From Superficieibacter sp. 1612_C1 (GTDB taxonomy: Bacteria; Pseudomonadota; Gammaproteobacteria; Enterobacterales; Enterobacteriaceae): a stretch of 32,000 nt of DNA. How positions within the stretch are numbered: the stretch's first letter is position 1; every line of letters starts with the position of its first letter. The translations under genes were made by a program, and so were the position numbers. The notes under the pieces are model-generated. The model was not told the origin of the DNA. It made no database searches and saw nothing but the letters and a program-made list of their open reading frames with translations. This document shows positions 9,601-17,193 of the stretch, in pieces. Location: the NCBI RefSeq assembly GCF_015234305.1, contig NZ_JADGMI010000010.1:8752-40751 (forward strand), given 5' to 3'.

Positions 9601-10314
9601 CCAGGTAAAGGTCTGACTGCCCGGATTCACGTCGGTAGTGGCCAGCGTCTTGATTTCTGCTGCGGCCTGCTGACAGGTCAGAAACTGCCGCGTGGTGGAC
9701 GTCATTTTGAAAATGCCACGCAGCGGACTCGGGTTACTCGTGATAAGCGTCAGCGGGTCAGTCGAATTCAGCAACTGGTTAATCGTGTATTTACCGTTCA
9801 GCAGAATGTCGCCAATCACGCAGTTTTCCACGTAGTCCGGCAGCATTTGCGCCAGCTCCGGGTTTTGCGTGGAGAAGTCACTGGTTTCTGCCACAATCTG
9901 CGAGCCGAACAGCATCCCGGTCTTGCTGTAGGTCACCGAGTCGGGCCTGGCCATCAGCATGTCATACACCGACGCCATCCTGTACCCGATACTGGTCGTC
10001 AGCGATGCGATGGCCGCCAGCCCCACCGGCACGTTATCTGTTTCCCACACCGCAGCCGGATCGGACAGGTCGATGACCTGCACGGAACGTTTCGGTACCA
10101 GCAGAATGGATGTAATAACCATGAAGATGGCCAGCCACTGGACAAAAACCATCGGGTTACGTTGTCTGATGAAGGTAAACAACACGGCCAGCACCCCGAA
10201 GGTGCCGGCAATACGCATTAACGTGTGAAAGGTATTCTGACCGACGAGAGTGACAACGGCGTCCAGCGCCGTTTTCCACATCCCCCCGCCATAGATAGTG
10301 TATATCTCAAGCAT
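6661..10314 (-). CDS. traG: TraG (pilus assembly / mating-pair stabilisation), enlarged to 1217 aa (F TraG is about 940 aa)
   Basis: The N-terminal half is colinear with F TraG (SVQ.ID.SD, DNVPVGLA, DSVTYSKTGMLFG, NCV.GDI.LN.KYT). The C-terminal part carries an S/G/Q/T/N-rich low-complexity region. The start overlaps the traH stop (TGATG). Confidence 0.9.
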   Translation of the reverse strand: MLEIYTIYGGGMWKTALDAVVTLVGQNTFHTLMRIAGTFGVLAVLFTFIRQRNPMVFVQWLAIFMVITSILLVPKRSVQVIDLSDPAAVWETDNVPVGLAAIASLTTSIGYRMASVYDMLMARPDSVTYSKTGMLFGSQIVAETSDFSTQNPELAQMLPDYVENCVIGDILLNGKYTINQLLNSTDPLTLITSNPSPLRGIFKMTSTTRQFLTCQQAAAEIKTLATTDVNPGSQTFTWLTRKVFGNKVNGAALLSNAMGESYGYFYSGGMTAAQIMKNNITNSAVRQGVKGFAARSSDTANLLNLATENAATKQRLSWAAGNELATRTLPFAQSLLMLILVCLFPLMIALAVSNHTLFGLNTLKIYVGGFIYFQMWPVMFAILNYAANYWLQSQSGGTPLVLANRDVVALQHSDVANLAGYLSLSIPVLSFYLTKGAAAIGSQVAGSMLSSGAFTSAGVAATTADGNWSFNNMSMDNVSQNKMDTNLVQRQGQQTWQADNGSTQTQTAGGHTVIDGSGAMSNLPVNMKLSQLASSGFQESARQSQVQAQTALDGYNHSVTSGWSQLSQMSNQTGSSDSLTRGSENSLATNASRGAGMMMSAAENYAKANNISTQEAYNKLMDISNQGSLSAGVKTTLGGGINIGVAKWGAEGNLSADARHTTGSSRGVQDSGSHTQDMRHDQNSQAVNDFRQGMDMVTSSRVSDGSSHTENAASSNVQQLAATLNDAQSQYHQYTTSSTQSNEFSRMATMAQNQSASLDTNYTQEFVDWAANKYGDRAQSMLTSAPSAREAAMEFVNERLKPEIMGDYQQGRSDLASGSEHAAFSGEHIVQPANNSQQVAGSAGNDGATRYSPVNGSDSQAEAGNAHATGTYQFTEQGSLPGGQVPSISESAPVGSAGSAPAGTGQTYSSEPSAAPQTHTESHSFDGQRENGHYGRYSEYDRSEQNAEGGPARAGGERSGQGSIVTSASGNDTGGQAAERERSDPAAETHQDFRHSGTIRAQGTATGPAGEMTYSRSGVNAEGQRVPGNAMQDTFRDNQAKVTASASDNDTGRRAAEGELYGPAAETHQDFRHSGIIREQGAATGPAGEMTHSRSGVNAEGQRVPGNAMQDTFRENQEKLHQQSGQGFGPQNELQRRVAEQRSENEHKINESAGEIGKKQSTVQTSSDILKGELDNSQSSFSYGLNKERMKQGESSPSEHDEEMKRRLEELRSRKVG
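6963..7418. repeat. Tandem duplication inside traG, period 234 bp (78 aa), nearly two full copies
   Basis: The string ctgaaagtgtcctgcatggcgttgccaggcacccgctgcccttcggcattgacgcctgagcg occurs at 6974 and again at 7208. The protein copies are ..AAETHQDFRHSG.IR.QG.ATGPAGEMT.SRSGVNAEGQRVPGNAMQDTFR.NQ.. twice, with scattered substitutions. Confidence 0.95.
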
Positions 10315-11669
10315 CAGCGATCACCCCAGTGATAGTTGCTTTGATAGGAGCCTGAAACGATAGTGGAGACCTGCTGTTGCAGGTACTGCATGTTACGGTC
10401 GATACCGTCCAGCGCGTTCTGGTCAGCGGCTGACTGCAGCTTCATGTCGGCCAGCAGTCCCTGCGCGTGAATGACGTTATCACGTAGCTTCGCAGCAGCT
10501 TCCTCCGGGAAGTTTTTTCCGGCAAGTGACATACTTGCCTGTTTAACGAGTTCCTGGAGATACTGGATCATCAGGTCCTGCGCGATAAAGTCCGACACCT
10601 GCAGCAAATACGTCGCGCTCATTCCCATGCTCTGGGCGTTGGTCAGGTACTTCAGTACCGGCACGGACGTGGTGTTCACAAAGCCTTTTTCCTGATCGGT
10701 CAGCGACTTGTCATCAACCAGCTTGTTCTGCATGGAAATCATCAGGTTTTTCACCAGTGTCACCAGGGCGTTTGATTCCGAAATGGTCAGATTAGTAACG
10801 ACGGGGCCCAGGCAGAGATCAGCCTCATCGCATCCGTAGACTTTCGCCGTTCCTCCGCGCATCAGTACTTTAATCAGGTCGCGGTTATCGACAAGCGGGG
10901 TCAGAATGGTGACATCTCCGTCTTTGTTGAAGATGATGGAGCCTACGGTACTCATGACCAGCTCCTTCAGCGCGCGATCGTTACCGAGCAGTCCGTTCTT
11001 ACTGAGCGTGTCCCAGATGAGGTTCTTGTTTTTCAGCACCTGGTCTTTTTCGGCTTCTCCCGCTCTGGACGTGACGTTGTTCCCCTGTCCCCCGACAGTA
11101 CAGCCCTGACGCGATGCCGCCCAGTCAGAGAACATATTGGTTTCGCCCGCAATGTCCTGACAGATTTTCTGCTGCGACACCTGCGTCACCGGCCACAGCC
11201 CGCCGATAATGCCCTGGGCGGCCTGACACGAACTCATGTTCATGCTGTTCACATCACTGGCCAGCTTCTGCAGAAAATCTTTTGCCTGCTTCAGCTCCGG
11301 AACCATCGTCTGCAGGGCAAGGTCGAAGGCATAGCCGGCGGCATTGCTCATGATTTGTTTCACGAACCGCTGAATTTCCTCCCCGCTGATCATACTGAAT
11401 GCCCCCAGATAGGCATCGATTCCGCCGCAGCCGGCGTTCAGGGAGGGCAGCTGCATCGAGATAAGCTGGACGTTTTTCACGGGGTTGCGCAGGTAGACCG
11501 AACCACCTGAGAAGTAGCCGGCCGCCTGTCCCTGCCAGGCCTGCGCCTGAGAGACGTTACCGCTGTAGCCGAGGCTGCCAAAGAAGCCGTTAAGGTCGCC
11601 GTTGACGTCGGCCTGTGCCGGCAGCGCCGCCATAAAAAGGGTGCCTGCCGTCATCAGTGTCTTAAGCAT
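10314..11669 (-). CDS. traH: TraH (F-type T4SS pilus assembly protein)
   Basis: It is colinear with F TraH (WQGQAAGY, NAGCGGIDAYLG, FVKQIMSNAAGY.FDLALQT, SSCQAAQGIIGGL). The likely start is the ATG at 11669 (MLKTLMTAG, signal peptide ..AQA/DV), with GGGGAGA upstream. The ORF track starts at a GTG at 11684. Confidence 0.93.
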   Translation of the reverse strand: MLKTLMTAGTLFMAALPAQADVNGDLNGFFGSLGYSGNVSQAQAWQGQAAGYFSGGSVYLRNPVKNVQLISMQLPSLNAGCGGIDAYLGAFSMISGEEIQRFVKQIMSNAAGYAFDLALQTMVPELKQAKDFLQKLASDVNSMNMSSCQAAQGIIGGLWPVTQVSQQKICQDIAGETNMFSDWAASRQGCTVGGQGNNVTSRAGEAEKDQVLKNKNLIWDTLSKNGLLGNDRALKELVMSTVGSIIFNKDGDVTILTPLVDNRDLIKVLMRGGTAKVYGCDEADLCLGPVVTNLTISESNALVTLVKNLMISMQNKLVDDKSLTDQEKGFVNTTSVPVLKYLTNAQSMGMSATYLLQVSDFIAQDLMIQYLQELVKQASMSLAGKNFPEEAAAKLRDNVIHAQGLLADMKLQSAADQNALDGIDRNMQYLQQQVSTIVSGSYQSNYHWGDR

Positions 11670-11744
11670 GAGGGATCTCCCCACCGCTGCCGTTATGGTT
11701 AAGCGACAGACATGTGTTTTTAGTCATTATGTAGTCCGGGTGAA

Positions 11745-12353
11745 TTACTGCTGTGTGGCCTGAAGGCCAGATGGCATGGGGGGCAACAGCGCCGGGTCAG
11801 TCTGGTCCATATCAGCCTGGATCAGGCTGGCGTAGCGGTTTTCCAGCGCCGGGATTTCCATAACGCCCTGGGTGAGCGGATAGGCATTCAGCGTATTGAC
11901 GTTCACCACAAACGCCGTGGGAGTGGCAATCGGCAGACCGTTGCCAAAAAAGGTAATAATTTCATCTGCCAGGGGTGAAGTGCGGTCAGTCTTTCTGGGT
12001 ATCATCGGATTCGGGAAGGCGACATCACCTCCGCCATCAAGCGTGTAGGGATAGACGCGAATGCCGTGCTGGTCAGCCCAGGCTTTCAGGGTGGGATCAA
12101 ATTTTGCGCTGTACTGGCAGTGGGACTGCATGAACAGCACCACGGCGTAGTTTTTCATATCAGTCCGGCGGCCGTCCGGCAGCGCCATCAGATTGGCCGG
12201 AGAAGTCACGGGAACAGGCGCTTTCCCGGCCGGGGTACGGCTTAACGACAGGCCCGTTTTACCGGCTTCGAGTGCCGCCAGTTCCTCACGGGTGCCGGCG
12301 ATGGCCAGCACAGGCAGCATCATCAGAAGAAAGAAGAATTCTTTACTCTTCAT
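11745..12353 (-). CDS. trbB: TrbB thioredoxin-fold (DsbC-like) periplasmic protein, with CQYS in place of the expected CXXC
   Basis: VVLFMQSHCQYSAKFDPTLK..YPYTLDGGGDVAFP resembles F TrbB VVLFMQGHCPYCHQFDPVLK..FSYTLDGQGDTAFP. The likely start is the ATG at 12353 (MKSKEFFF.., signal peptide), with GGAGG upstream. Confidence 0.85.
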   Translation of the reverse strand: MKSKEFFFLLMMLPVLAIAGTREELAALEAGKTGLSLSRTPAGKAPVPVTSPANLMALPDGRRTDMKNYAVVLFMQSHCQYSAKFDPTLKAWADQHGIRVYPYTLDGGGDVAFPNPMIPRKTDRTSPLADEIITFFGNGLPIATPTAFVVNVNTLNAYPLTQGVMEIPALENRYASLIQADMDQTDPALLPPMPSGLQATQQ

Positions 12354-12564
12354 GACCGGCCTCCGTATTAACCCTGTCATGCTTTCCTGGTCTGAGATGC
12401 CGCACGCCGGCATACACAGCCATCACTCCGGCACTCACCCAAAGCCCGTAACTTATCCACGTCAGCAGGCCCTGTGTTAAGGTAACGGACACGGTGATGA
12501 GCTGACTCAGGCTGCGCACCACCATGCCCCAGAAGAACAGTCCGGCAAAAAGATTAATGTTCAT
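12343..12564 (-). CDS. Small two-TM membrane protein in the traQ position
   Basis: 73 aa. The GGAGGAAAAATA-ATG start overlaps the upstream ORF by 11 nt. There are two hydrophobic segments. The positional analogy is to F traQ (pilin chaperone), and I cannot confirm sequence identity. Confidence 0.5.
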   Translation of the reverse strand: MNINLFAGLFFWGMVVRSLSQLITVSVTLTQGLLTWISYGLWVSAGVMAVYAGVRHLRPGKHDRVNTEAGHEE

Positions 12565-13012
12565 TATTTTTCCTCCGGAACCATTTCACCGGCAGGGAGG
12601 GCAGCTTCAGCTCATTCATCGCTATCCAGTAGAACAGTGAAAACAGTACCGTTATTACGTAAAAGCTGCGGACTGTCTTATCGACCGTTGTCTGCCAGAC
12701 TTCAGCACTGACGAGAGTCTTTTTACAGGGAACCGCTGTTACCGCTGGTTTCTGAAGTTCAAAAGGCGCTACCGATGGTTTATTCAGATCTAATGGCGCT
12801 TTTTTTAGCGGACGCTCACAGACCCATACCTTACCCGCCGGGGCACCGGCGACCAGGTCCCGGGCACTGTCCAGAAAGGTTCCGCTGATCGACGCGTTAA
12901 ATGACAACACAAGAAAAAAGGCAAACAGGAAAAACGCCGGTACCTTCACCAGACTGAAAAACAGGGCACGCTGAAATGAACGCATGGAGCGCATGTATTT
13001 AAAGTTGTTCAC
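12554..13012 (-). CDS. Hypothetical membrane protein in the trbA position
   Basis: 152 aa with N- and C-terminal hydrophobic segments. The GTG start is preceded by GAGGAAG just after the traF stop. It is embedded in the operon with overlapping stops and starts. Confidence 0.5.
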   Translation of the reverse strand: MNNFKYMRSMRSFQRALFFSLVKVPAFFLFAFFLVLSFNASISGTFLDSARDLVAGAPAGKVWVCERPLKKAPLDLNKPSVAPFELQKPAVTAVPCKKTLVSAEVWQTTVDKTVRSFYVITVLFSLFYWIAMNELKLPSLPVKWFRRKNNEH

Positions 13013-13024
13013 GGGGAGACTTCC

Positions 13025-13807
13025 TCAGAAGTTAGGTTTAAAACCGGTGGAGACGTTCAGGAATCGTTTGGCCAGGTCATCCTGGGTCATAAAGCCCCAG
13101 GCCAGTGGTTTAAAGCTGTGACTGGCCGGGTCCACAAGGAACAGCGCCGGGAAATGGCTGACCCCCATCCTCTGTACCTGGCCACTGTCAGGGCGGCTGT
13201 CCGGCAGCGACTGCGCCACCTGGCCATCGACAGAAACCGGGATGAGCGAAATATGATGAGTACGGGCAAAATCAGCCACCACACCCGCCATCTGCGTATC
13301 AATCGGATCGCTGCCACGGTAGAAGTAAAACATGCCGTACTGCTGTGACAGTTTCGTAATGGCGTCCTGCCGTTGCTGCTGATCACGCGTCTGCACGAAG
13401 GGGGCTGTGCTGTTGTAATGTGGAAATTCCAGGTTGTAGTCCAGTTCCGGATGCGACAGCTGTGCGGCCGCAAAAGACTGACTGAACATGGAACTGCGAT
13501 CGGTCCAGAATTTCTGCCATTTCAGGAACGTCGCTGTGTTTTCCCGTGTCGGATACAGAATGGCGCGGTTAAGCGCCTCCATTGTGTACCCGCGTAACAC
13601 CTTTGCCTGCTCCTGCGCGGACATTTTGCTCAGGTCCGGAACAGACTGCGGTGCAGGCTGTTCCGGTCTCGCCGGCTTTTCAGGGGAGGGTTTCGGTTCG
13701 TTGTACCAGGACCAGCCAGTGAACGGCGATGCCGGCGTCAGTATCTCCTCTGCCAGGGCTGTATGACTGATCAAAGCCAGGATCAGACCGTAAAGAAAGG
13801 TTTTCAT
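13025..13807 (-). CDS. traF: TraF (thioredoxin-fold pilus assembly protein lacking CXXC)
   Basis: 260 aa with a signal peptide. YGMFYFYRGSDPIDTQMAGVVADFARTHHISLIPVSVDG resembles F TraF YGLFFFYRGQDPISGQLAQVINDF..LSVIPVSVDG. The start overlaps the traN stop (ATGA). Confidence 0.92.
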   Translation of the reverse strand: MKTFLYGLILALISHTALAEEILTPASPFTGWSWYNEPKPSPEKPARPEQPAPQSVPDLSKMSAQEQAKVLRGYTMEALNRAILYPTRENTATFLKWQKFWTDRSSMFSQSFAAAQLSHPELDYNLEFPHYNSTAPFVQTRDQQQRQDAITKLSQQYGMFYFYRGSDPIDTQMAGVVADFARTHHISLIPVSVDGQVAQSLPDSRPDSGQVQRMGVSHFPALFLVDPASHSFKPLAWGFMTQDDLAKRFLNVSTGFKPNF

Positions 13808-14430
13808 TTCCCCCCTCCCTGCTGGTTCACCTGGGCGGCGATACGGTCTTTAGCCTGCTGCACCATCGTCCCGGTGTCGGGGATTTTCTGGTTATTCATC
13901 AAATCCTCATAGAAGTCTGAGAAGTTGATTTTGTCAAAATCGATGCTCTGCAGCTCCGGCACCGTAATGCCCCGGCAGTCGGGGCTGTCACCGCTGCCGA
14001 ACCGCACGCCCAGCTGGTCACGGCGGCCCTGCTCCTGGATAATGCGTGCCAGCTTACCGCCAAACACGCAGTAGACCTTGCTTTTTTGTATGCACACGCC
14101 GAGCGCCTTGTGATCGCAGCGCTCGCCGACACTTACAGTCACTTTTTTGGCTTTGGCTTTGCCGAGCGCCATTTCATCACTGTTACACTGGGACAGCCCC
14201 GCATCCTGACCCCATCCACTGTCCTTGCAACAGTTGGAAAAGCCGGCAAACGCCTTGCGACAGCTCATCGCCTCGCCGGTAAACGCCCTGACATCCACTG
14301 AGTCACCCCGCGCATCTTCTGCTGCCGAGGCCAGCCCGGCCAGTTTTGCCACAGCCGTGTCAAAGCCGCTGTCACCTGCGCCGTTTGACTCATCGCATTC
14401 ACCTGACTGACAAAGGTAATTACCCCCCTG
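13804..14430 (-). pseudogene. traN: 3' remnant of traN (the C-terminal ~200 aa only)
   Basis: The frame reads ..NYLCQSGECDESNGAG..FTGEAMSCRKAFAGFSNCCKDSGWGQD..PDCRGITVPELQSIDFDKINFSDFYEDLMNNQKIPD, matching the C-terminus of F TraN. There is no N-terminal part and no start codon context. Confidence 0.88.
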
Positions 14431-15062
14431 CGCCAGAAGTCGCGCTCGCGCAGGCTGCGGGTAATGTTGCCCGGGTTACTCATCCGGAAACGCACGATGC
14501 GCAGGTGGTTACCGACGAACTGGCGTTCCGGTGTCAGGCGTATATCACTGGCGGGTGTGTACGCCGGCATTCGGCTGACCGGGTATTCCTGGTAATCATC
14601 CGGCACCTGGCCATTGACCACGGTGCGGGACAGTGCGACCAGGGTTTTCTCGTAAGTCTGTCCTTCTTCCCATGCCTTCGCGTCGTCATTCCTGCGAAGT
14701 GGTGGCGACATTGGGGTGAAGCGCAGCGTTTTGCCGCTGCCAGGTTGTGGTCTGACATTCAGGCTCAGTGCGGAGCCGCGGTCAGTCTGGATAAACAGCG
14801 TAAAGTTCTGGCCGACGAGCGGAGACAGGATGAGTGCCCCGTTGTCGGTTGTGCTCTGGTCATAGGCACCGGATGGTCCGCTGATGCTGGTAATTAATTC
14901 TCCGTCAACCACAACCTTGCTCGGGTTGGTGTTGCTGAGAGTGACGTTAAAGGCGGCGTCGTTCTCGAACGGAATGGCTGCGGGTGCGGCCCAAAGGCCG
15001 CTGGTAAAGAATCCCGCTGCCAGAAACACAGCAGCAGCTACCGGTGAAATGCGAAATTTCAT
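14265..15062 (-). pseudogene. traK: traK truncated near its 3' end and running out of frame into traN sequence
   Basis: The signal peptide and body resemble F TraK, up to GNHLRIVRF..RERDFWRRG (F: GNHLKMVRF..RESDFWQPG). After about 14430 the ORF tail (..TAQVTAALTRLWQNWPGWPRQQ..) is an alternative-frame read of traN DNA. Confidence 0.85.
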
Positions 15063-15073
15063 TGGCAGTCCTG

Positions 15074-15655
15074 TCAGTTAGTGGTGGATACCGACCGGAG
15101 TTCTTCGAAGCTGTGGAGGTTAATCACACCATTCTCATAACTCAGTTTCAGTCGGTAGGTTTTTTCCTGGTCTTTCAGTGGTGTGGTGATGGCGCCGTTG
15201 GTCGTGGAAGACTTCAGTACCCCGCTGTACATCACAGCGTTATCGTTCATGACGCGAATTTCAGTCGTATCAAACCGGGTGGTGATGCCCCCTTTTTTGA
15301 TACGTTCAGCTTCAACATCCAGGACTTTTTTAAGTTCATCCCGTTCGGCGGAAGGGACGAATCCAAGCAGCATTTTCTGGTTGTTGTCGATATTTTCCGG
15401 GCTGACGTTCAGCCGCCAGTAAATGAAGGACGTGGCGAACATGGTCATGCCGGTTGTATCTGCACTGACGGCGTCAGAAGTAAAAGGGTGGTTATATGTC
15501 ATCGGGGTGGTGATGGTTTTCTGGGTGGTGGCAAAATGCCATGCCAGCGAACCGGTTAATACATTTCCCACGCCCATAACTAAAGCCAGGGAAGAAAGTC
15601 CAATAAACGCATAACTGAGTTGTTTATCCCGCTCTCCTTTAATTTTCAGCTTCAT
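15074..15655 (-). CDS. traE: TraE (F-type T4SS inner-membrane pilus assembly protein)
   Basis: 193 aa with an N-terminal TM segment. It sits in the conserved traL-traE-traK order. Its size matches F TraE (about 188 aa). Confidence 0.85.
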   Translation of the reverse strand: MKLKIKGERDKQLSYAFIGLSSLALVMGVGNVLTGSLAWHFATTQKTITTPMTYNHPFTSDAVSADTTGMTMFATSFIYWRLNVSPENIDNNQKMLLGFVPSAERDELKKVLDVEAERIKKGGITTRFDTTEIRVMNDNAVMYSGVLKSSTTNGAITTPLKDQEKTYRLKLSYENGVINLHSFEELRSVSTTN

Positions 15656-15660
15656 GGTAA

Positions 15661-15966
15661 TTACGCTCTCCAGTGCCGGAAACTTGAATCAGGTATCAGG
15701 CGAAAGGTTACTTTAAATAACAGAGATGGCAGGTGCCAGTAACAGAAATTAAGTAACCAGTAAGACCCCTGCCCCTTTTTGAGATACCTGACTGCAAACC
15801 AGAGGATCCCCGCTATCACTGACAGCTCGACGGACATATTGTTAAGCACCCCCAGAACAACAAGAGGTGCGGTCACAATTAACTCATCGACAGGCAAACC
15901 TAAATAGCGTTCCTGCTGATTCAGTGTTTCCGGGAAGTAGTATTTATCCTCTTCCCCGCTCATCAT
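15661..15966 (-). CDS. traL: TraL (F-type T4SS pilus assembly protein)
   Basis: MMSGEEDKYYFPETLNQQERYLGLPVDELI..KKGQGSYWL...YW..P resembles F TraL MSGDENKL.KYRFPDTL.NQSRWFGLPLDELI..KKGRGSSWL. Confidence 0.9.
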   Translation of the reverse strand: MMSGEEDKYYFPETLNQQERYLGLPVDELIVTAPLVVLGVLNNMSVELSVIAGILWFAVRYLKKGQGSYWLLNFCYWHLPSLLFKVTFRLIPDSSFRHWRA

Positions 15967-16320
15967 TCAGCTCGCAATACCAAAGGCAACGCGGGTAAAG
16001 ATGATAGCCATAACGATACCAACGAAAACCAGAGGTGAACGGGCTTTAATATAAATAAATAAGCCCATGATGATTTCAGCGATATAGAACCACTTAACCA
16101 AGGAAGAGCCGGAACCAAAGGTGGAATTAACGGTTGTGTTCTGGGAGGATAACAAATCGGTTCCGGTTGCGTGCGCCAGTTTTGTCACAAGCAGCGTAAG
16201 CATAATTGCACTTAAAAACCGTGCGACGTTACTTAAATTAATTTTAGCGGAGGTGCGCCGGAAATAAGACGCTACCGCCCGTCCCTTTTTGACAGCAAGG
16301 GCATTGCCTGAATGGTTCAT
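15967..16320 (-). CDS. traA: TraA propilin (F-type pilin precursor)
   Basis: 117 aa with a long leader ending ..KLAHA. The mature part TGTDLLSSQNTTVNSTFGSGSSLVKWFYIAEIIMG resembles F pilin ..QDLMASGNTTVKATFGKDSSVVKWVVLAEVLVG. Confidence 0.92.
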   Translation of the reverse strand: MNHSGNALAVKKGRAVASYFRRTSAKINLSNVARFLSAIMLTLLVTKLAHATGTDLLSSQNTTVNSTFGSGSSLVKWFYIAEIIMGLFIYIKARSPLVFVGIVMAIIFTRVAFGIAS

Positions 16321-16518
16321 GTTTATTTTTTCCTTGAGTAAACAAAAGGTGTGCGCGTAAGTGCTTGTTTACGCGTACGTTATTGTCTCATGACTCTAAA
16401 AAAAAAAAACTGTGATCTGCGTCACGTTTTGGTGGATTGTTTAGGAATTATCTGACCAGCAGGTAAACGTACCCTGTATGTGCAGGTATACGACCTGCTG
16501 TATCAGGAATTTATCGAT

Positions 16519-17160
16519 ATGAAAGTAAAAGAAAATATGTGGGAAAAGCGCGGCAGGCCACGAAAGTTCCGGCCGGGCGAAGCCGTGGAATGGCGGCTTC
16601 GTGCGCCGGATAATTTGCTGATGGAGCTTCGCATTTGTGCCCGGGCAGGAAAAAGAAGCGTAAATGACGAAATAATTTCGCGGTTATTATTAACTCTAAA
16701 TTATCAACCTGGTAAGCCAGTAATAAAAACCGCTGAAGGTGAGAGACTCATTGCACTGGCGGTGAGGTTCGAGGAATGGCTGGGAAACTTACTCGATGAT
16801 GAGTCTGAAAAGACTGAAGAAAAAAAGAAGCCACTGCCTCGTCAGGAGCAGCTCTGGATGTGGCGCGAGGGGGAGCGGGTATTACTTCCGGGCAAAACTA
16901 CAGGGTACAGCATGCGTATTCCTGAAAATCTTGCAGAAGAAATCAAGGCGATGGCGAAGGTCCATCACCGCAGCCTGAATGATGAAATGCTGACAAGGTT
17001 GATGAATACTCTGGGATATTTTACCGGGCGTATACTTGACCAGAACGAGGATGCACAGGCACTGAAAGTGTTATGTATGGAGTTTGAGTTATTCCTTAAA
17101 GATAAATTAAATGAAGTAGAGAAGGCTGGCTCTTCCAGGGATAAAAGCGACGTTCTGTGA
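16519..17160 (+). CDS. Protein with two Arc/Mnt-like ribbon-helix-helix modules (internal ~105-aa duplication); putative transcription regulator
   Basis: Module 1 is VEWRLRAPDNLLMELRICARAGKRSVNDEIISRLLLTLNY. Module 2 is YSMRIPENLAEEIKAMAKVHHRSLNDEMLTRLMNTLGY. Both resemble P22 Arc (..NLRWPREVLDLVRKVAEENGRSVNSEIYQRVMESF). The likely ATG at 16519 has AGGAA 9 nt upstream, and the track ORF starts at a GTG at 16480. It lies on the strand opposite to tra. Confidence 0.7.
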   Translation: MKVKENMWEKRGRPRKFRPGEAVEWRLRAPDNLLMELRICARAGKRSVNDEIISRLLLTLNYQPGKPVIKTAEGERLIALAVRFEEWLGNLLDDESEKTEEKKKPLPRQEQLWMWREGERVLLPGKTTGYSMRIPENLAEEIKAMAKVHHRSLNDEMLTRLMNTLGYFTGRILDQNEDAQALKVLCMEFELFLKDKLNEVEKAGSSRDKSDVL

Positions 17161-17163
17161 CGA

Positions 17164-17189
17164 TTGTGGCCGTATGGTTCCGGCCACAA
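17164..17189. terminator. Hairpin between the convergent RHH gene and traM
   Basis: TTGTGGCCG-tatggttc-CGGCCACAA, a 9-bp perfect stem. There is no T-run on either side, so function as a terminator is uncertain. Confidence 0.4.
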
Positions 17190-17193
17190 ACAA

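Noticed and set aside
14346-15559. 183-aa (14346..14897) and 171-aa (15044..15559) + strand ORFs
   Set aside because: They are antisense to traK and traE. Their composition is typical of reverse-frame reads of GC-rich genes, and they have no start context.
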